A stretch of 32,000 nucleotides of DNA, taken from Candidatus Heimdallarchaeota archaeon. Its GTDB lineage: Archaea > Asgardarchaeota > Heimdallarchaeia > JABLTI01. The position numbers and the translations under genes are program-made. Where the stretch lies: assembly GCA_030614005.1 (NCBI GenBank), contig JAUWKS010000005.1:82604-114603 (forward strand), in the 5' to 3' direction. Shown one piece after another: positions 27,960-32,000 of the stretch. Position 1 is the stretch's first letter, and each line of letters opens with the position of its first letter. The notes beneath the pieces are model-generated. The model was not told the origin of the DNA, ran no database searches, and was given only the letters and a program-made list of their open reading frames with translations.

Positions 27960-28521
27960 TTCTTCTTCTTCTTCGTTAATTCTTTCTACTCCTTATGCAA
28001 AATTCTTTTGGGGTGGAACTTTGTTAACTATCTTTGTTACTTTAGTAATCTTTTCGTTTTTCCTTCTCGGTTGGGAAAGGATAAAGTACATTGGTTCACT
28101 AGAATGGTTCATAAGAACTATTACGAATAATATCATTCCAGCACGGAAACAGACTTTTGATTCCACGGTAATATGGTGGCAGAGAGGAGAAAAAGATGTT
28201 GAAAATACCTTCACTAATCCTGATTGGATAGATTTAGTTGATCCTGTTAAAGAAAAAGAAGAAAATAAAGATGAATTTCTTTTAGAACAAAAAGATTCCA
28301 AACTAGCTCTAATACTATCTATTGTTGGTTTAGTTACACTAATCTTCAATGCAGCAAGTATCTTTGGATTATTCGTTACAATTAATGCTCGAAAAATCGA
28401 AGGAAAGAATAAGAAAAACACCGCAGCATTAGTATTATCAATAATTGGTTGTGTTTTTTTTGTTGCATTCTATGCAGTTTGTTTTAGTGTAAAAATTGGT
28501 TCACTTGGTCTCCCCATCTGA
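27960..28521 (+). pseudogene. Probable 3' remnant of a DUF418/DUF1624-like membrane protein gene
   Basis: WGGTLL...WERIKYIGSLEWFIR resembles the DUF418-type G-x-L-E-W C-terminal motif; the frame begins in low-complexity (TCT)n directly after the degV stop; the track start at 27922 lies inside degV. Confidence 0.45.
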
Positions 28522-28600
28522 ACAATTTTCTTTTTTGTGATTAAATGTTATTTTCTCTCAATAATTTTGTATTTTTTAAAAATCCAACAAGAAAATATTA

Positions 28601-28662
28601 GGGGGAGGGAGGCCTAACAACCGTGTAAAAGAGAAATAAACTTTCTATTTTGGTCGTTAGGC
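28601..28662 (-). ncRNA. Candidate hairpin RNA/element with CUCCCUCCCCC tail
   Basis: 11-bp stem GCCUAACGACC/GGUUGUUAGGC (one G-U on the minus strand), inner AAAA/UUUU and AGAAA/UUUCU stems, GC-rich island in an AT-rich intergenic region. Confidence 0.35.
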
Positions 28663-28795
28663 AAAAGATATTTTACAATCATATAATATAAAGCTTTTGT
28701 CTATTGCAAATAATCGCTTTTTACTTCACTAAACGTTAACATAAAAAAACAATTAATTAAATATTCTATTTACAATAATTTTTTTAGTATTATGT

Positions 28796-29959
28796 TTATA
28801 TTTTTCGTCGGGAGATTCGTGTAAACTCATCAGCATTACCGCAAACTGGGCATCCTTTTTCCTTCAGCACTTCAATATTTCTTATTTCCAAAGAAAACCC
28901 AACTTTTGTTACATGTCCATTTTTACATTGATATTCTCTAACTGTGGGATTTAATTCGCCAGTATAGATTTTTTCATTGTAGTCTGAAGTGAATAATGGT
29001 TTGGAACTATCGGTAGTTGATAAAATACTAATATTGGTAGTGTTTCCATGCATTTCTGCACCTTCGTACAAATTAAAACCTGGTATTAATTGTTGAATCG
29101 CTAACCCCAATTTTGTAATAGAGTTTTGAACTTCTAATTGTATTTTAGGAGGCCTATGGGCATAGGCTAAGTAGATTCTTCTTCCAGATTCGTCTTTTAG
29201 TGCTTGAATTGCTCTAGAAAGAAATAACTCTAATCCTGGAATAGTGTAGGGTGGATCTGTTAGAACCACATCAAATCTATTTATCAATTCTTCTGAAAAC
29301 GGTTTGCGTAAATCATGTGTTACACAACTAATATTGAATTTATTTTCTTTTGAGATTTCTTTTATGACATTTAACAATCTGTTATCAATATCTAAGACAG
29401 TAATCTTTACATTTGTTTTTAGCTGAGCTATTGCTAGGGAAGTAAAATCGTCATCACCAATTAACAGTATCTCCCTACCTTCTAGATCACCATTTTCTAA
29501 CATCAAATAAGCTCTACGTATAGCTGTAATTGGTCTGCCGAACGCTTGATCAATTTCTGTTTGAGGTTTGGGTCTTCTCTCAGAAAAGAGTCTTTGCTTG
29601 GCAATTAATTTTTCAGCTTCATGAGGAAGTGCAATTCCAGTGCTCTCACATTTTTTGCAGCTATGACTTTCGAGGTAAGTAATGCCTAATGCTTTATTAA
29701 CAAAAATTAATCCCTTTTCAGTTAAAATAGCTCCTTTTTTTTCACGACTAATTAAACCAATTTTTTCTAATTCTTTTCTTATTGCTGCTATTGTTGGGAT
29801 AGGCATTCTTAATTTTCTTGAAAGACTTTTTGTACCAATGGTGCCACTAAGAAAGATTTCACGTAAAATTGTTCTTACGGCTTCTTTTCCTTCAAATACA
29901 CTTGCCTTTTCTGCGATTTCATTTAATACTTTGTTAGGATTATTAATTATATTTGGCAT
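28796..29959 (-). CDS. bpsA: Branched-chain polyamine synthase (N4-bis(aminopropyl)spermidine synthase, DUF43) family
   Basis: RPKPQTEIDQ, GDLEGREILLIGDDDFTSLA (GDDD motif), VLDID, HDLR, DPPYT..GLELFLSR; N-terminal HTH-like region, CKKC site, C-terminal CKNGH..CPVC. Confidence 0.8.
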   Translation of the reverse strand: MPNIINNPNKVLNEIAEKASVFEGKEAVRTILREIFLSGTIGTKSLSRKLRMPIPTIAAIRKELEKIGLISREKKGAILTEKGLIFVNKALGITYLESHSCKKCESTGIALPHEAEKLIAKQRLFSERRPKPQTEIDQAFGRPITAIRRAYLMLENGDLEGREILLIGDDDFTSLAIAQLKTNVKITVLDIDNRLLNVIKEISKENKFNISCVTHDLRKPFSEELINRFDVVLTDPPYTIPGLELFLSRAIQALKDESGRRIYLAYAHRPPKIQLEVQNSITKLGLAIQQLIPGFNLYEGAEMHGNTTNISILSTTDSSKPLFTSDYNEKIYTGELNPTVREYQCKNGHVTKVGFSLEIRNIEVLKEKGCPVCGNADEFTRISRRKI

Positions 29960-29975
29960 TGAAAATTCCCATCTT

Positions 29976-30356
29976 TCATTTGATTTCTCTTGGTAATTCT
30001 TTCAATTCAAAAGATTCAGGTTTCAATTCTTCTTTAATATATTCCCAAGCAACATGGGGGTCCAAGGATTTTCCACAGAGAAATATATCTAGAGCAGCAA
30101 AACCAAATTCAGGCCAAGTATGCAGAGAAATATGTGTTTCTTTCAGAATGACAACAACACTGCAACCCAAAGGAGAAAATCTATGAACAGATGCTTGAAG
30201 AACGTGTGCTCCTGCTTTTTTTGCTGCTTCTGTTATCAGTGTTAAAATTGCTGTCTCGTTGTTTAAATCTGCTTGACATTTATATAAATCGATTATTAAT
30301 TCATTTACTTTCAAAGGTTCTTTTAATGGATATTTTTTTATTTCTTCTTTGGGCAT
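29976..30356 (-). CDS. speD: S-adenosylmethionine decarboxylase proenzyme (class I, SpeD/SpeH-type) with atypical E-T-H cleavage site
   Basis: IIDLYKC, HRFSPLGCS, LKETHISLHTWPE, ALDIFLCG; 16 nt upstream of bpsA on the same strand. Confidence 0.88.
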   Translation of the reverse strand: MPKEEIKKYPLKEPLKVNELIIDLYKCQADLNNETAILTLITEAAKKAGAHVLQASVHRFSPLGCSVVVILKETHISLHTWPEFGFAALDIFLCGKSLDPHVAWEYIKEELKPESFELKELPREIK

Positions 30357-30528
30357 TAGCTTCTTTCTCCTACTTGTCTAAGTTTGATAAAAATGACAAT
30401 ATTAATGTATGTTTCCTTCGATTATTTTGCTTTCAGAGACAAAAGCATATAAAAAATATAGCTTCTTGTTCTATTATATAATCAGAATAAAGAGATAATA
30501 TATCCAATTAAGGAGATTTGTACTATCT

Positions 30529-31284
30529 ATGAAACCTATTGAAAATGAAATAATAACCTTTGATGAAATTATTTCCACTCAAGAGTTGGCAATGAAATAT
30601 ATTAACGAACAAAAAGCAACTCATGGTTTAGTTTTAACTGCTCAAAAACAAACTGGTGGGCAAGGTCGATTAGAGAGAAGTTGGTCATCTCCTATTGGCG
30701 GTTTGTGGATGACTACAATATATCAGTGCAAACTTCCTTTAGCTCAATTTGAGGGTTTTTCAGTACGCTTAGGCTTGGAATTAATCGAAGATCTCGAGAG
30801 TTCATTTCCATTAGAAATTCAAATTAAATGGCCAAATGATTTGATAATCAATGGGAAAAAAGTTGGTGGGATTTTGATTAACACTAGAATAAAAGAAGAA
30901 TTACTAACAGAACTCGTTATTGGGATTGGCATTAACATAAACAATAAAACAGAAACATTGCCACCGGAAGTAGCATCGATCGCTACCTCGATGAGTGAAA
31001 ATCTAAAAGATAAAATTTCTATTGATTCAGTTCAAGATGTAGTTCTTGTTGCTCAGAATAGACTCTTCAATAAAGTAGTTAGAGATGAAATGGATGATAT
31101 AACCTTAATTTGGGCTAAAAAATCTTTCAGTTTTCAAAAAGAAATTCGAGTAGTTACTCAAGGAGAAACATTAATTGGATTAGAACAAGGAATAACAGAA
31201 AATTGTGAATTAATTCTGAAAACAAAGTCTAATGAAATAAAAACCATCTCTATTGGAGATATAGAATTGATGAGAATAAAATGA
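30529..31284 (+). CDS. birA: Biotin--protein ligase without N-terminal HTH
   Basis: STQ, QTGGQGR...W.SP.GG, IKWPND, KKVGGIL, IGIGINI; AGGAGA RBS at 30511-16. Confidence 0.9.
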   Translation: MKPIENEIITFDEIISTQELAMKYINEQKATHGLVLTAQKQTGGQGRLERSWSSPIGGLWMTTIYQCKLPLAQFEGFSVRLGLELIEDLESSFPLEIQIKWPNDLIINGKKVGGILINTRIKEELLTELVIGIGININNKTETLPPEVASIATSMSENLKDKISIDSVQDVVLVAQNRLFNKVVRDEMDDITLIWAKKSFSFQKEIRVVTQGETLIGLEQGITENCELILKTKSNEIKTISIGDIELMRIK

Positions 31285-31368
31285 AGAAAAGGTCAAATGA
31301 TAAATGTGGATTTGACTTATATTTATCAAAGCTATTAAATTTGTTTAGTTTAAAAGAGTCGATTAAAA

Positions 31369-32000
31369 ATGGTTGAAAAAGAAGATAGTATTAATGATAA
31401 AGCAGAAATTGCAATAAAGAAATTGAAATCACCAGATGTTGTGAAAAGGCAAGAAGGGGCTTGGAATCTTCTAGAGCTAGCAGAAAACGAGAGCGATAAA
31501 ATAAAATTAGCTATACCAGATTTAGTTGCTGTACTTAAAGATGAAGATTGGGCTGTAAGAAAACTTTCGTTACTTGCTTTAGGATACCTAGATGTCAAAG
31601 ATCAAATACCAACAATGATTGATTTTCTTAGAAATGATATTAACTCCGAAGCTCGTGTTGGAGCTGCTCAAGCACTTGGCGAAATGAAAGTTGAAAAAGC
31701 TGTTCCCCACTTAATTCAAGCACTAGATGATTCTGCTTTTATGGTTAGGCGAGCTTCTCTACATTCTCTTGGTTTAATAGGAATTCTTGCAAAAGAAGCA
31801 GTACCAAGAATAATTGAAATTTTAAACCAACCTGAAGATATGGAACTTTTACAAGTTAGAAATATAGCTGCTTGGGTTTTAGGTGAGATTGGAGACAAAT
31901 CCGCTATTGATTCACTCTCAAAAGCTTTAGATAGTGCTGTCTATTCTGAAAGAAAAGTTGAAATTGCTTGTGCGCTAACAAATCTAGAAGATGGTAAAGG
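31369..32000 (+). CDS. HEAT (PBS lyase-like) repeat protein, 3'-partial
   Basis: Open from ATG 31369 to the window end: LKDEDWAVRKLSLLALG, EARVGAAQALGEM, LDDSAFMVRRASLHSLG, VRNIAAWVLGEIG; absent from the track because no stop codon is in the window. Confidence 0.88.
   Translation, partial: MVEKEDSINDKAEIAIKKLKSPDVVKRQEGAWNLLELAENESDKIKLAIPDLVAVLKDEDWAVRKLSLLALGYLDVKDQIPTMIDFLRNDINSEARVGAAQALGEMKVEKAVPHLIQALDDSAFMVRRASLHSLGLIGILAKEAVPRIIEILNQPEDMELLQVRNIAAWVLGEIGDKSAIDSLSKALDSAVYSERKVEIACALTNLEDGK

Noticed and set aside
27960-27974. (TTC)5 microsatellite as a phase-variation switch
   Set aside because: Trinucleotide unit does not shift frame, and it lies at a remnant junction with no intact gene to control
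28601-28662. SECIS element or G-quadruplex interpretation of the hairpin and G-rich tract
   Set aside because: No SECIS consensus (GAA/A or AUGA/GA) and no in-frame TGA selenoprotein nearby; G-tracts allow at most a weak two-tier quadruplex
165-31898. Many short track ORFs overlapping larger genes (e.g. 165..398, 609..821, 966..1199, 4985..5185, 7353..7571, 8233..8424, 8400..8633, 12915..13247, 13551..13847, 18037..18339, 20574..20804, 21555..21860, 23280..24032, 26722..27246, 27993..28421, 29682..30481, 31350..31898)
   Set aside because: Antisense or alternate-frame shadows of well-supported genes, with no motifs or start signals
1-32000. CRISPR array, tRNA/rRNA, IS element, integron or prophage
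   Set aside because: No spaced direct repeats, cloverleaf or rRNA-like GC-rich segments, transposase or integrase motifs, terminal repeats or viral genes seen

Overview
AT-rich 32 kb prokaryotic window with no rRNA, tRNA, CRISPR array, transposase or integrase that I can see. It is most likely an Asgard (Heimdallarchaeia-like) archaeal chromosome region. This is inference from TATA-like promoters, GAGGT ribosome-binding sites, oligo-T terminators, HEAT-repeat proteins, zinc ribbons and a RING-like protein. About 25 intact genes cover accessory metabolism: amidase, QueG-like Fe-S protein, CGGC protein, radical SAM, nitrilase, condensation-fold acyltransferase, GH127, M23-like peptidase, MFS, DegV fusion, speD-bpsA and birA. 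Main observations: (1) a speD-bpsA branched-chain polyamine pair whose AdoMetDC has Thr instead of the pyruvoyl-forming Ser at the self-cleavage site (E-T-H); (2) a 29-aa tandem-repeat protein preceded by an operator-like palindrome and a ~130 nt structured leader whose hairpin loop is complementary to its own ribosome-binding site; (3) a dense set of gene scars not resolved by the ORF track (five 5'-truncated remnants, homopolymer frameshifts, one premature stop); (4) a candidate minus-strand hairpin RNA with a CU-rich tail; (5) a RING-like C4H2C2 protein, an archaeal M23-like peptidase and a filterless K-channel-like RCK protein. All family assignments come from motif recognition by eye; no database search or folding program was run.
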